This document shows positions 19,681 through 29,571 of a stretch of DNA of 64,000 nucleotides, one piece after another; the first letter of the stretch is position 1; every line of letters begins with the position of its first letter. The DNA is from Planctomycetota bacterium (lineage in GTDB: Bacteria; Planctomycetota; PLA2; JAEUHO01), in NCBI GenBank assembly GCA_050248855.1, contig JBFWRP010000007.1, positions 32,001 through 96,000 of the forward strand, in the 5' to 3' direction. The position numbers were made by a program, and so were the translations under genes. Under the pieces are notes generated by a model, which was given only the letters and a program-made list of their open reading frames with translations, had not been told where the DNA came from and did no database searches.

Positions 19681-20603
19681 GGGCGCGGTTCCGCGCGGGC
19701 GACGAGATCGGGCTCGACGAAGAGCTGCCGCACCCGCGGGAACCGCACGGTCACCAGCCGCTCGGTCGCGTTGATGTGCTCGATCAGTGCCGCCGCCGAC
19801 ATGGCGAGGTCGCGCGGACGCACCTTGGCGACGACCATGGCCTCGTCGATCCCGCTCCAGGTCGTGATGAGGTCGAGCACGTCGAAGCCGGCCTCCGTCC
19901 AGAGCGCCCGCACGCCGTCATGCAGCGGCTGGCTGGTCCGGAAGCCCACGACCAGGCGCCGGATCTGGTTGGCCAGGAACACGGCCACGACGATCAGCAG
20001 CACCCCGATGGCGCAGGTGCCGATGCCATCGAGCACGGGCTGGTCGAAGAGCACGGCGCCGCCCACGGCCAGGAGCGCCAAGACCAAGCCCAGCATGGCC
20101 GCCATGTCCTCGAAGAGGACGACGAGCAGGTTGACGTTGCCCGTGTCCCGCGCCCAGACCAGGAGCGGCGTGCCGCGACGCGCCTTCTGGCCCACGCGCC
20201 ACGCCACGTACAGCGAGCCGCCCTCGAGCACGATGCCGACCACGAGGACGCCCAGGGCCCAGCCGGGGCTCGTGATGGGGTGTGGATGGCGGACCTTGGC
20301 CACGCCCTCGACCAGCGAGTACACGCCCCCGAGCGTGAACAGCACCACGGCCACGATGAGCGCCCAGAAGTACGCCTCGCGGCCGTAGCCGAGCGGATGG
20401 TCGCCATCGCGGGGACGGGCCGCGCGACGCCCGCCCAGGAGCAGCAGCAGCTGGTTGCCGCTGTCGGCAAAGCTGTGCACGGACTCGGCGAGCATCGCGG
20501 AGGAGCCCGTGACGAGCGCGGCGACGAGCTTGGCGACGGCGATGCCCAAGTTGGCGAAGAACGCCAGCAGCACCACCTTCACGTTGCCATCTCCGCCCGC
20601 CAT
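19677..20603 (-). CDS. cation diffusion facilitator transporter
   Basis: SSAMLAESVHSFADSGNQ, HPLGYGRE, VVLFED, FVEPD. Confidence 0.93.
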   Translation of the reverse strand: MAGGDGNVKVVLLAFFANLGIAVAKLVAALVTGSSAMLAESVHSFADSGNQLLLLLGGRRAARPRDGDHPLGYGREAYFWALIVAVVLFTLGGVYSLVEGVAKVRHPHPITSPGWALGVLVVGIVLEGGSLYVAWRVGQKARRGTPLLVWARDTGNVNLLVVLFEDMAAMLGLVLALLAVGGAVLFDQPVLDGIGTCAIGVLLIVVAVFLANQIRRLVVGFRTSQPLHDGVRALWTEAGFDVLDLITTWSGIDEAMVVAKVRPRDLAMSAAALIEHINATERLVTVRFPRVRQLFVEPDLVARAEPRP

Positions 20604-20708
20604 CCCGTCTCCTTGCCCGCCACCGCCCCGACCTGTGGGCGGCGCATGATAGCGGGGCGCGGTAGCCGCGCGGAGCGCTGCGCCTCCTACCTGTCGCATA
20701 CTGTCGCC

Positions 20709-21260
20709 ATGTCGCTCCGAGGGCATCTGCTGGTCGCGCCCGCGCACATGGCCGACCCGAGCTTCGCGCACGCGGTCGTGCTGCTGCTGCAACACGACGG
20801 GTCGGGGGCGTTCGGCGTGATCCTCAACCGGCCGACGTCGGAGTCGATCTGCGACGTCTGGACCCGCGTGACAGGCGCCCCCTGCAAGGCCCGGGGGAGC
20901 GTGCACGAAGGCGGCCCGGTGCCGGGGCCCTTGGTGGCCCTGCACGGCGAGGGCGACCTGGGTGAGCTCGAGGTGCTGCCCGGCGTGTGGTGCTCGATGT
21001 CGGGCGACCGCATCGCCGACTTGGTGGAGCGCGACCCGCAGGCGCTGCTCCTCTTCGCGGGCTACAGCGGCTGGGGCGCCGGCCAGCTGGAGGGCGAGAT
21101 GCAGGCCGGGGCGTGGCTGTCCGTCGAGGCCCGCCGCGAGGACATCTTCCCGCGGACGACCGAGGGGCTCTGGGCCAGCGTGCATCGCAGGGCCGCCGAC
21201 GTGGACCCGTTCGCGGAGTTCGAGCGGGGCGCGGCCGGCCCCGATCCGCGCTGGAACTGA
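20709..21260 (+). CDS. YqgE/AlgH (UPF0301) family protein
   Basis: DPSFAHAVVLL, GAFGVILNRP, GGPV, FAGYSGWGAGQLEGEM. Confidence 0.93.
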   Translation: MSLRGHLLVAPAHMADPSFAHAVVLLLQHDGSGAFGVILNRPTSESICDVWTRVTGAPCKARGSVHEGGPVPGPLVALHGEGDLGELEVLPGVWCSMSGDRIADLVERDPQALLLFAGYSGWGAGQLEGEMQAGAWLSVEARREDIFPRTTEGLWASVHRRAADVDPFAEFERGAAGPDPRWN

Positions 21261-21262
21261 GG

Positions 21263-21823
21263 GTGTCCCGCTTCACGCCGTCGGGCAGCGTGCCTCGCCG
21301 CGTCTGGGTGCTGGGCGTCACGGGGTCGGGCAAGACCACGCTGGTCAAGCGCTGGGGCGAGATCGCGGGCGTGCCGTCCTACGACATGGACGACCTGTAC
21401 TGGCGCCCGGGCTGGATCGGCGTCGGCGACGCGGAGCTCTACGCGGCCGTCGACGACCGCACGCAGCAGGAGGCGTGGGTCATCGGCGGCAACTACAACC
21501 GCGTCCGCACGCGGTTTGCGAGTCGCGTCGATCGCTACGTCTGGATCGACCTGCCGTTTCGCACGAGCTTCGCGCGGCTGTGCCGGCGCACGTGGAATCG
21601 CTGCCGCGAGGGCACCAGCATCTGCAACGGCAACCACGAGACCCTGGCCAAGGCGTTCCTGGACAAGGACTCGATCCTGCTCTGGGCCATCACCCAGCAC
21701 CGCCGTCAGCGGGCGCGAGCCGCGGCCACGGCGGCCGCCCACCCCACGTGGCACCTCCGCTCCCCGCAGGATGTCGCGCGGTTGGAGGCGTGGCTACGCG
21801 AGCGCCACGGAGGTGCGGAGTAG
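21263..21823 (+). CDS. adenylate-kinase-like P-loop protein (topology modulation/FlaR-like)
   Basis: GVTGSGKTT, MDDLYWRPGW, WVIGGNY, CNGNHET. Confidence 0.85.
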   Translation: MSRFTPSGSVPRRVWVLGVTGSGKTTLVKRWGEIAGVPSYDMDDLYWRPGWIGVGDAELYAAVDDRTQQEAWVIGGNYNRVRTRFASRVDRYVWIDLPFRTSFARLCRRTWNRCREGTSICNGNHETLAKAFLDKDSILLWAITQHRRQRARAAATAAAHPTWHLRSPQDVARLEAWLRERHGGAE

Positions 21824-21834
21824 GAAGGCGGCCC

Positions 21835-21998
21835 GTACGGAGTCGGGTGGGATTCCAGCTTCGGGCTGCCTGGCTTCTCCGCGGGCGGGGGTGCGCTCCC
21901 GTACGGAGGCGGGTGAGTTTCCATCTTCGGGCTGCCTGGCTTCTCCGCCGGCGGCCGTGCAATGCGGCCCGATGGTGTATTCTCCCCCGACTCCGTAC
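21835..21998. repeat. MITE/REP-like element with imperfect inverted ends and internal 66-bp duplication
   Basis: gtacggagtcggg...cccgactccgtac ends (19/23 complementary); direct copies start at 21835 and 21901. Confidence 0.75.
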
Positions 21999-22007
21999 CC
22001 GAGCGGC

Positions 22008-22442
22008 CTAGCCGAGCATCGCGCGCATCATCCAGGCGGTCTTCTCCTGCTCGTCGGCGAAGCCTTCGAGGAGGTTCAGCGTGGCCTCGTCGCCCGCCTT
22101 CTCGGCCTCCTTCACGCCGGCGCGCAGCCAGCCGTTGAGGCGGTCCAGGTCGTCGACCGTGCCCTTGACCATGGCCATCGCGTCCCCGCGGGCCTCGTCT
22201 TCCTCCAGGCGGGCCGCCTTCAAGGCCTCCGCCAAGGTCGAGTAGGGCCGGGCGCCCAGCGTGAGCACGCGTTCGGCCAGCTCGTCCACCTTCAGCGCCG
22301 CACCCGTGTACAGCTCCTCGAACTTGGCGTGAAGCTGGAAGAACCAGGGACCGCGCACGTTCCAGTGGTAGCCGCGCATCCGCTGGTAGTGGACTTGGTA
22401 GTCGGCCAGCAAGGCGTTCAGCGTGTCGGTCATCGGGGGCAT
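22008..22442 (-). CDS. dps: DNA starvation/stationary phase protection protein
   Basis: HWNVRGPWFFQLHAKFEELY, DELAER, EKTAWMM; AAGGAG SD upstream. Confidence 0.96.
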   Translation of the reverse strand: MPPMTDTLNALLADYQVHYQRMRGYHWNVRGPWFFQLHAKFEELYTGAALKVDELAERVLTLGARPYSTLAEALKAARLEEDEARGDAMAMVKGTVDDLDRLNGWLRAGVKEAEKAGDEATLNLLEGFADEQEKTAWMMRAMLG

Positions 22443-22550
22443 GGGGGTCTCCTTCGGCGTACGGCCTTCGCTCGTCTGGAGGGAACAGGTTCGCCCAGGG
22501 GCGCCCTGCTGTCGAGTGGATCGGAAGGTGTTCGATGATAGACTGAGGCT

Positions 22551-23444
22551 ATGGACCGACCGACACTCCGACAGCTCGAGTACGTCCTCGCCGTCGCGGA
22601 GGCGGGGACCTTCCATGCCGGCGCCGAGAAGGCCTCGGCCTCCCAGCCCACGGTGAGCGCCCAGATCCGCTCGCTCGAGAACACGCTCGGCGTCGAGCTC
22701 TTCGAGCGCGGGGCGCGCGGTGCCACGCTGACGCGCGCCGGCGCCGCGTTCATCGCGCACGCGCGCGATGCGCTCGTGGCGGTCGACGAGGCGGTCAAGG
22801 CGTGCACCCAGGCGGGTACGCCGTTCACGGGTCACCTGCAGCTGGGGGCGATCCCCACCGTCGCCCCCTACCTCCTGCCCCGCACGCTGGCCGAAGTGCG
22901 ACGGCGGTGGCCTGGCTGGCGCGTCCACCTGACCGAAGCGCACACGGCGACGCTGCTCGAAGACGTGCGGGCGGGCCGGCTCGATGCCGTGCTCGTCGCC
23001 AAGGGCGACGACCTCGGCGATCTCTGGTTCGAGCCCGTGCGCGAAGATCCCTTCGTGCTGGTCGTGCCCAGGGCGCACCGCCTGGCCAAGCGGCGCAGCG
23101 TCATGCCTTCGGAGCTCGAGGGCGAGCCGCTGCTGCTGCTGGAGGAAGGCCACTGCCTGCGCGACCACGCCCTGGCCATCTGTAGCGCGCCCACGCAACC
23201 TGGCGTGGTCGACGTTCGCGCGGGAAGCCTCACGACCGTCGTGCAGATGGTCGCGGGCGGCCTGGGCGTCACGCTGTTGCCCGCGATGGCCCTGGAGGCC
23301 GAGCTGGCCGACGACCTGGATCTCGTGGCCGTGCCCTTCGCCAAGCCCAAGCCCTCGCGGGTCATCGGGCTGGCCTGGCGGCCCCGCACCGTGCGGACCG
23401 AGGAGCTGACCGCACTGGCGAACGTGATGGCTACGCGGACGTGA
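22551..23444 (+). CDS. oxyR: hydrogen peroxide-sensing LysR regulator
   Basis: LysR HTH (TLRQLEY..SQPTVSAQI); LLEEGHCLRDHALAIC with C-x8-C redox pair; divergent from dps. Confidence 0.88.
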   Translation: MDRPTLRQLEYVLAVAEAGTFHAGAEKASASQPTVSAQIRSLENTLGVELFERGARGATLTRAGAAFIAHARDALVAVDEAVKACTQAGTPFTGHLQLGAIPTVAPYLLPRTLAEVRRRWPGWRVHLTEAHTATLLEDVRAGRLDAVLVAKGDDLGDLWFEPVREDPFVLVVPRAHRLAKRRSVMPSELEGEPLLLLEEGHCLRDHALAICSAPTQPGVVDVRAGSLTTVVQMVAGGLGVTLLPAMALEAELADDLDLVAVPFAKPKPSRVIGLAWRPRTVRTEELTALANVMATRT

Positions 23445-23525
23445 GCGTCCCTCGTGGAGAACAGGGCTCACGCCGCCTCCCCTGGCGGGGGCTGGGCGCG
23501 CCCTCCTGCCGATGGATCCGGCGCG

Positions 23526-23914
23526 TCACGTGCGCACGAAGTGCATCTCCGGGTCGCCGTCCCGGGCTGGGAGGACGAGCATGTCGCCGTCGAGCTGCAA
23601 GTGCCCCGTGTCGCCATCGAACGTCACGTCGTAACCGTCGCCGGCCTTCTTCCACGTTCCCGTGGTCGTCTCCAGCACCTTCACGTCGCCCTCCTTGGGG
23701 CCCGTCATGCTGGCGGTGCCGTCGGCCCTGTAGGTCCACGTCATCAGGGGCGCCGCCCGGAGCATGTCCTCTGGGGCACCCTGCTTGCGGGCCCAGTCCA
23801 GATCGACCTTCCACGTGCCGACGAGGGGATCTCCCCCACCGCTGGTGCCGCTCTCGCCACAGCCGCGAGGAGGCCTGCGAGGCCGAACACGGCGACGAAC
23901 ATCAGCATCTTCAT
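23526..23914 (-). pseudogene. frameshifted lipoprotein (or sequencing indel)
   Basis: MKMLMFVAVFGLAGLLA continues in another frame as GCGESGTSGGGDPLVGTWKVD...MHFVRT; one extra base near 23865 restores lipobox LLAG-C. Confidence 0.7.
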
Positions 23915-24125
23915 GGAACGCCTCTCCTGCGGGGGCGCCTTCTCGCGCGGGCGTACGACGCCCTGCGCATCGCGGGCAGCCCCCTGCACGCAGCCTAGTG
24001 CGACGGGCACATGCGGGCGAACGCAGACCCGGACACGCCGGGCGCCAACCCCTGTGGGGCGCTGGAGGCAGGGCGACTTCGACCTTCCCGGACGGAACTT
24101 CTTCTCGGCGGCACGCAGACCGCCG

Positions 24126-24476
24126 TCAGACGTTGATCACCTTCGCGGCGCGACTCTGGGCCGCCACGATGTCGCCCATGCCGCCCACGATCCCGAGCTG
24201 GAGGCGGTCGGCAAGGCCGAACCAGTCCACGCACGTCTTGCAGGCGATCAACCGCACGCCCTTGGCCTCGAGCTTGGCGAGCGACTCGAGCGCCGGGCTG
24301 CCCTCGGCCAACAGGTGGACGCCCTGCGTGTAGAAGGCGATCGCGCCGGGCAGCGTGTCGTTGGCGAGCAGCAGCTCGAGATACGGCGTCACCAGCTTGC
24401 GGCGCAGCTCCTCGGGAGCGTTGCCCAGCCCGTCGTTGGTGAACTGGAGCAGCGTATCGGGACCGATGGTGGGCAT
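24126..24476 (-). CDS. DsrE family protein (YedF-like)
   Basis: FYTQGVHL, GVRLIACKTCVDWFGL, GGMGDI. Confidence 0.85.
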   Translation of the reverse strand: MPTIGPDTLLQFTNDGLGNAPEELRRKLVTPYLELLLANDTLPGAIAFYTQGVHLLAEGSPALESLAKLEAKGVRLIACKTCVDWFGLADRLQLGIVGGMGDIVAAQSRAAKVINV

Positions 24477-24510
24477 GCGTGGTATCCGGGTGCGTCGCGC
24501 GAGGCGCGTG

Positions 24511-25377
24511 TCAGCGCTTCAGGCCTTCGATCTGGATGAGCGGCGGCAAGGGGCCCTGGGCCTCGAGCTGGCCGACGGTCGAGCGCAGCTCGTCGGCGAG
24601 CGCCAGGAACGCCTGCCGCACGTGGTCGGGCGTGGCCGGATCGGCCAGCGCCGGGCGGCCTGAGTCGCCACCCACGGCCACGGAGGCGTGCAGCGGGACT
24701 CCGCCCAGGAAGGGGATGGACTGCGTGCCGGCCCAGGCCTGCGCCCCACCGTGGCCGAAGACCTCGTCGCGATGGCCGCACGACGGGCACTCGTACCAGC
24801 TCATGTTCTCGACCAGGCCGACCACGGGGACCTTGAGCGTGCGGAACATGCTGACCGCGCGGTGGACGTCGACGAGGGCGACGTCCTGCGGGGTGGAGAC
24901 CACGACGGCGCCCGTCACCTGGGCGGACTGGGCCAAGCTCAAGGCCACGTCGCCCGTGCCCGGCGGCAAGTCCACGATCAACCAGTCGAGGTTTCCCCAG
25001 GCGACGTCTCCGAGGAACTGGCGGATGACCGTGTGCACGATCGGCCCGCGCACGACCATCGGCTTCTCCGGGTCCAGGAGGAAGCCCATCGACATCAAGG
25101 ACAGGCCGTAGGCCTCGACGGGGTGGATGTGGTTCGGGCCGGTTCCACTCGGCCGCTCGTGCGTGCCCAGCATGGTGGGAATCGAGGGGCCGTAGACGTC
25201 GCCATCGAGCAGGCCGACGCGCGCGCCGCCCTGCTTCAAGGCCAGCGCGAGGTTGACGGCCACCGTCGACTTGCCCACGCCGCCCTTGCCGGCGCCGACC
25301 GCGATGACGCGGCGAACGCCAGCCAGGGGGGCCGGGAGGGCGGGAGGTTGGCCGGGAGCGGGAGGAGGATTCGCCAT
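24511..25377 (-). CDS. mrp: Mrp/NBP35 (ApbC) Fe-S cluster carrier ATPase
   Basis: GKGGVGKST, DVYGPSIP, DLPPGTGD, STPQ, ENMS..CPSC. Confidence 0.95.
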   Translation of the reverse strand: MANPPPAPGQPPALPAPLAGVRRVIAVGAGKGGVGKSTVAVNLALALKQGGARVGLLDGDVYGPSIPTMLGTHERPSGTGPNHIHPVEAYGLSLMSMGFLLDPEKPMVVRGPIVHTVIRQFLGDVAWGNLDWLIVDLPPGTGDVALSLAQSAQVTGAVVVSTPQDVALVDVHRAVSMFRTLKVPVVGLVENMSWYECPSCGHRDEVFGHGGAQAWAGTQSIPFLGGVPLHASVAVGGDSGRPALADPATPDHVRQAFLALADELRSTVGQLEAQGPLPPLIQIEGLKR

Positions 25378-25577
25378 GACTCCCGGGATACCGCGACGGC
25401 TCGTCGTCCGGCGACCGGATCCCGACCGCGCCCGGATCGGCGCTCACGCCGCAGGGTGGGCGCGCGTGGCGCGCAGCCGCGGCGCTACGGCCCCGGGAGC
25501 CGGCGAGCGAGGTCCCTGGGCGGCGGCCGGAGGAAACCGCATCGGCGTACACCGGGAGGCGGACGCCCGGCCGGCCT

Positions 25578-26237
25578 TCAGCGGGCGCGTGCCAGCCGCA
25601 AGACTTCGGCGACGCAGTGCTCGATGCCCGCGGCCACGTCGGCGATGCCGGGCCCGAGCATGTAGGCCGGCGTCGAGACGATGCGGCGCTCTTCGTCCGT
25701 GACGGCCTCCTCGACCGGGCAGGCCACGTGCGTGGCGCCGCAGGCCTCGATGGCCTCCGCCGTGCCGGCGTCGTTGCCGATGGTCAAGCGCGGCCCCTCG
25801 TCCCCCAGGACCCTGGCCATGAGGGCCGGCGCGATGCAGATCGCGCCGATGGGCTTGCCCGCCGCGTGCACGGCGCGGACGAGGCGCTCCACGCCGGGAT
25901 CGACGCGGGCCTCCGCGCCTTTCGTCGCGAAGTCGCACAGGTTGAGCGCCGCGCCGAAGCCGCCTGGAAGCACCAGGGCGTCCAGCTGGTTGGCGTCGGC
26001 CTTCGCCACGTCCTCCACGGCTCCACGGGCAATGCGGGCGCTCTCGTGCAGCACGTTGCGCACCTCGCGGGTGGTCTTGCCCGTCAGGTGGTCCACGACG
26101 CGGGCCTGGGGGATGTCCGGGGCAAAGCACACGGCCTCGGCCCCGGCCCGGGCCAGGGCCAAGAGCGTGAGGACGCTCTCCTGGATCTCGGCTCCATCGC
26201 GGTACCCGCACCCGCTCAACACGACTCCGACACGCAT
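25578..26237 (-). CDS. elbB: ElbB glyoxalase (DJ-1/PfpI family)
   Basis: VVLSGCGYRDGAEIQE, ESARIARG, PGGFGAA, ICIAP, STPAYM. Confidence 0.93.
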   Translation of the reverse strand: MRVGVVLSGCGYRDGAEIQESVLTLLALARAGAEAVCFAPDIPQARVVDHLTGKTTREVRNVLHESARIARGAVEDVAKADANQLDALVLPGGFGAALNLCDFATKGAEARVDPGVERLVRAVHAAGKPIGAICIAPALMARVLGDEGPRLTIGNDAGTAEAIEACGATHVACPVEEAVTDEERRIVSTPAYMLGPGIADVAAGIEHCVAEVLRLARAR

Positions 26238-26289
26238 GACGACCTCCTCGTGGGGAGCCTACCGGCGGAGCGGGCGTCGGGGGTGCCCG

Positions 26290-26631
26290 TCACCCACCTG
26301 GAGAGGCGGCGCGGGGGTGCGGCGCCATGAACACGAGCACGCGCGCCGGCCCCGGCCCCGGGTTGTCCACGCCGTGCTCCTCGCCCGCCGGGCACCAGAC
26401 GATCTCGCCCGGCTCCAGGACGTGGACTTCGTCGCCCGTCGTCACCCGCGGGCGGCCCTCGAGCGCGAAGTAGCACTTGTCCTCGCGTGCGTGGGTGTGG
26501 GGCTTCTGGGCCTGCCCCACGCCCAGCACGTAGACGTCGGCGAAGAACCGCGGCGTCTCGAACAGGTTGTGCTTGGCCAGGGCATCCGCCCGGCCCTCGG
26601 TCACGAGGCGCGTATCTCGACGACGCTGCAC
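26290..26631 (-). CDS. cupin domain protein
   Basis: HTHAREDK..PAGEEHGVDN; GTG start with GGAG SD. Confidence 0.85.
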   Translation of the reverse strand: MQRRRDTRLVTEGRADALAKHNLFETPRFFADVYVLGVGQAQKPHTHAREDKCYFALEGRPRVTTGDEVHVLEPGEIVWCPAGEEHGVDNPGPGPARVLVFMAPHPRAASPGG

Positions 26632-26786
26632 GAGTGTGTCTCCTGCATGCGACCGCGGGCTGGGGGTGCGCGAAGGCCGCGGTCGGGCCTCGATCCTAGT
26701 GCACCAGGCGCCCCGGATCCTGGCTCGAACCGCCACGGGACGACGTGTGTCTCCCTGGGCAGCGCGCGGCTCGCTATGCTCTGCGC

Positions 26787-27452
26787 ATGACGGCCGACAC
26801 TGCGGATCCGGTGGTCCTGCTCCTTGCCGCCGGGCGCGGCGAGCGCATGGGCGACGACAAGCCGCTCATCCATGTCGGCGGCGTGCCGATGGTCGAGCGG
26901 ACGCTCGCGGCGTACCGCGAGGCCAAGCGGGTGCGCGACATCCTCCTCGTCGTCGCGGGCGGGCGTGCGGCGGACTACGCCCCCTACCGCCGCGTCGACG
27001 TGCACGTGCTCGAGAACCCCGACCCGGGGCGCGGCATGATCTCGTCGATCCGCACGGCGCTCTCCAGCTCGTGGGCCCTGGAGCGGCACTTCCTGATCGC
27101 GCCCGTGGACGTGCCGTTCGTCAAGCCCGAGCTGGTGGACCAGCTCGTGATGACGTTCACGACGCGTGACTGCAAGATCGTCCTCCCGGCCTACAGGGGC
27201 CTGGGGGGCCATCCGGGCCTCTACCACGCATCGCTGCGCGACGAGTTCTTCCTCCACGGCGACATCGCGGGCGCACGCGAGATCCTGATGCGCCACCAGT
27301 CCGCCACGGTGCGCCTCAACGTTCCCGACCCGGACGTGTGTTTCGACATCGACACGCCGCAGACGCTCGAGATCGCCATGGATGCCGGCGCACGCTGGGC
27401 TGCCGTCGAGGAAGCCGCCGAGCGCAAGCGCCAGCAGCGCTTCGGGGTGTAG
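26787..27452 (+). CDS. nucleotidyltransferase family protein (MocA/MobA-like)
   Basis: LLAAGRGERMG..KPL, GMISSI, PVDVP, GGHP, DIDTP. Confidence 0.9.
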   Translation: MTADTADPVVLLLAAGRGERMGDDKPLIHVGGVPMVERTLAAYREAKRVRDILLVVAGGRAADYAPYRRVDVHVLENPDPGRGMISSIRTALSSSWALERHFLIAPVDVPFVKPELVDQLVMTFTTRDCKIVLPAYRGLGGHPGLYHASLRDEFFLHGDIAGAREILMRHQSATVRLNVPDPDVCFDIDTPQTLEIAMDAGARWAAVEEAAERKRQQRFGV

Positions 27453-27931
27453 CGACCCCGGATGTGTCAGGACCATTGCCGCGGCGCCGCAGAGCGGCAA
27501 CGTGGGCAAGGTGCCTGACACGCAGGGGGCGCGATTCGCCGGCCGGCGGACGACGGTGTCAGAGCGAACCCGGATGTGTCAGGACCCTTGCCGCGGCGCC
27601 GCGCAGCGGCAACGTGGGCAAGGTGCCTGACACGCAGGGGGCGCGATTCGCCGGCCGGCGGACGACGCAGTCCGGTGTCTGGTCACTCCACGCTCGTTCC
27701 GCGCTCCCGCGCGGATTCGGTGCTCCGGCTTCGCCTGCGCAGCAGGGGGCGCGATTCGCCGGCCGGCGGACGACGCAGTCCGGTGTCTGGTCACTCCACG
27801 CTCGTTCCGCGCTCCCGCGCGGATTCGGTGCTCCGGCTTCGCCTGCGCAGCAGGGGGGCTATTCCGTACCCCCCCTGCACCCCTCACGGTCCCCCCTGCA
27901 CCCCTCACGGTCCCCCCTGCACCCCTCACGG
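27451..27931. repeat. composite intergenic repeat array (A-B-A-B-C-B-C-b then 3x 21-bp tandem)
   Basis: 34-bp B starts at 27522, 27634, 27742 (partial 27850); palindromic A x2; identical 74-bp C x2; cccccctgcacccctcacgg(t) x3 from 27870. Confidence 0.92.
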
Positions 27932-27952
27932 GGTTCGGGCACCTCCGCGCGA

Positions 27953-29503
27953 CTACCGCCGGCGGCTGACGCTCTTGATCTGCAGGAAGTTGCCGAGGTA
28001 GTCGGGCCCGCCGGCCTTCGAGCAGGTACCGCTCATGCCGTAGCCGCCGAAGGGCTGTGCGCCGACCAGGGCGCCCGTGCACTTGCGATTGACGTACAGG
28101 TTGCCCACGTGGAAGTCGGCAATGCCCTCGGCCACGCGCTCTTCGCGATCGGTGTAGAAGCCGCCCGTCAACCCGTACTCCGTGTCGTTGGCGATCGCGA
28201 GCGCGTGGTCCCAGTCGCGGGCCTTGATGACGGCCAGCACCGGGCCGAACACCTCCTCGCGCGCCAGCCGTGCGTCGGGCGCCACGTCCTTGATGATCGT
28301 GGGCTCGATGAACCAACCCGGTCGATCCGCAGCCTTGCCGCCGTGGACCAGCTGGCCTTCCTTCTTGCCGATCTCGATGTAGGAGAGCGTCTTCTCGTAG
28401 GCGTCTTCGGAGATGACGGGCCCGTAGGGCGTGGTCGGATCCGCCGGATCCCCCATCCTCAGCTTGGCCGCCCGCTCGACCAGCTTGTCCACGAACTTGT
28501 CGTAGGCGGCCTCCACGACGATGGCGCGCGAGCACGCCGAGCACTTCTGGCCCTGGAAGCCGTAGGCCGCGGCGATCGTGGCGTCCGCCGCGTCGTCGAG
28601 GTCCTTGACGTCGTCGATGACCATGGCGTCCTTGCCGCCCATCTCGGCAACGACGCGCTTGATCCAGCGCTGCTCGGGCGAGCGCTTGGTGGCCTGCTCG
28701 GCGATCCACAGCCCCACGGCCTTGCTGCCCGTGAAGCTGATGAAGCGCGTGTCGGGATGCTGGACGAGCCGCGCGCCGCACACTTCGCCGTTGCCCGTGA
28801 GGAAGTTCACGACGCCGTGCGGCAGGCCTACGTCCTCGAACAGCTGCATCAGCTGCCAGGCCACGGTCGGCGACTCCTCGGCCGGCTTCATCACGACCGT
28901 GTTGCCCGCCACGACCGCGCTCACCACCGTGCCGCAGAGGATCGCGAAGGGGAAGTTCCACGGCGCGATCACCGCGCCCACACCCAGCGGGATGTAGAAA
29001 CAGGTGTTCTTGTCTCCCGTGTCGATGACCGGAAGTCCCTTCGCGTAGCGCAGGGCCTCGCGCCCGTAGTACTCGAGGAAGTCGATGGCTTCGGCCGTGT
29101 CGCCGTCGGCCTCGGCCCAGTTCTTGCCGACCTCGCGCACCATCCACGCCGACCAGAAGTGCTTGTCCTTGCGGACGCGGTCGGCCATCTCGAACAGGTA
29201 CGCGGCCCGCTCCTCGAAGCTGGTCTTGGACCACGCCGGGAACGCGGCCTGGGCCGCGGCAATGGCGCGGTCCGCCTCGGCCACGCCGGCGTCCGGGAAG
29301 ACGCCGATCACCTGGTCGGGGTTGGCGGGGTTGAAGGACGCGATCGTCGCCTTCGTGGTGACGCGCTCGCCGCCGATCACGCACGGACCCGCTTGGCCGA
29401 GACGTCCATCGACGCGCGCCAACGCCTCCCGGAAGGCCTGGGCGTTCGCCGGGACCGAGAAGTCGGTGAAGGGCTCGTTCTTGAAGGGGGGGCGGGCGGA
29501 CAT
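27953..29503 (-). CDS. pruA: L-glutamate gamma-semialdehyde (P5C) dehydrogenase
   Basis: FKNEP, IAPWNFP, FTGS, EMGGK, GQKCSACS, EEVFGPV, QPFGG..KAGGPDYL. Confidence 0.94.
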   Translation of the reverse strand: MSARPPFKNEPFTDFSVPANAQAFREALARVDGRLGQAGPCVIGGERVTTKATIASFNPANPDQVIGVFPDAGVAEADRAIAAAQAAFPAWSKTSFEERAAYLFEMADRVRKDKHFWSAWMVREVGKNWAEADGDTAEAIDFLEYYGREALRYAKGLPVIDTGDKNTCFYIPLGVGAVIAPWNFPFAILCGTVVSAVVAGNTVVMKPAEESPTVAWQLMQLFEDVGLPHGVVNFLTGNGEVCGARLVQHPDTRFISFTGSKAVGLWIAEQATKRSPEQRWIKRVVAEMGGKDAMVIDDVKDLDDAADATIAAAYGFQGQKCSACSRAIVVEAAYDKFVDKLVERAAKLRMGDPADPTTPYGPVISEDAYEKTLSYIEIGKKEGQLVHGGKAADRPGWFIEPTIIKDVAPDARLAREEVFGPVLAVIKARDWDHALAIANDTEYGLTGGFYTDREERVAEGIADFHVGNLYVNRKCTGALVGAQPFGGYGMSGTCSKAGGPDYLGNFLQIKSVSRRR

Positions 29504-29571
29504 CGTTCCTCCTGCAGGCTCGGGGTGCGGACTCTAACGCGAGGCCGACGAAGGGGCCTTAGGGTGGGGCG

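Noticed and set aside
27522..27858. CRISPR array (34-bp palindromic repeat x3)
   Set aside because: Spacers are 74-78 bp and themselves duplicated; no cas genes in the window.
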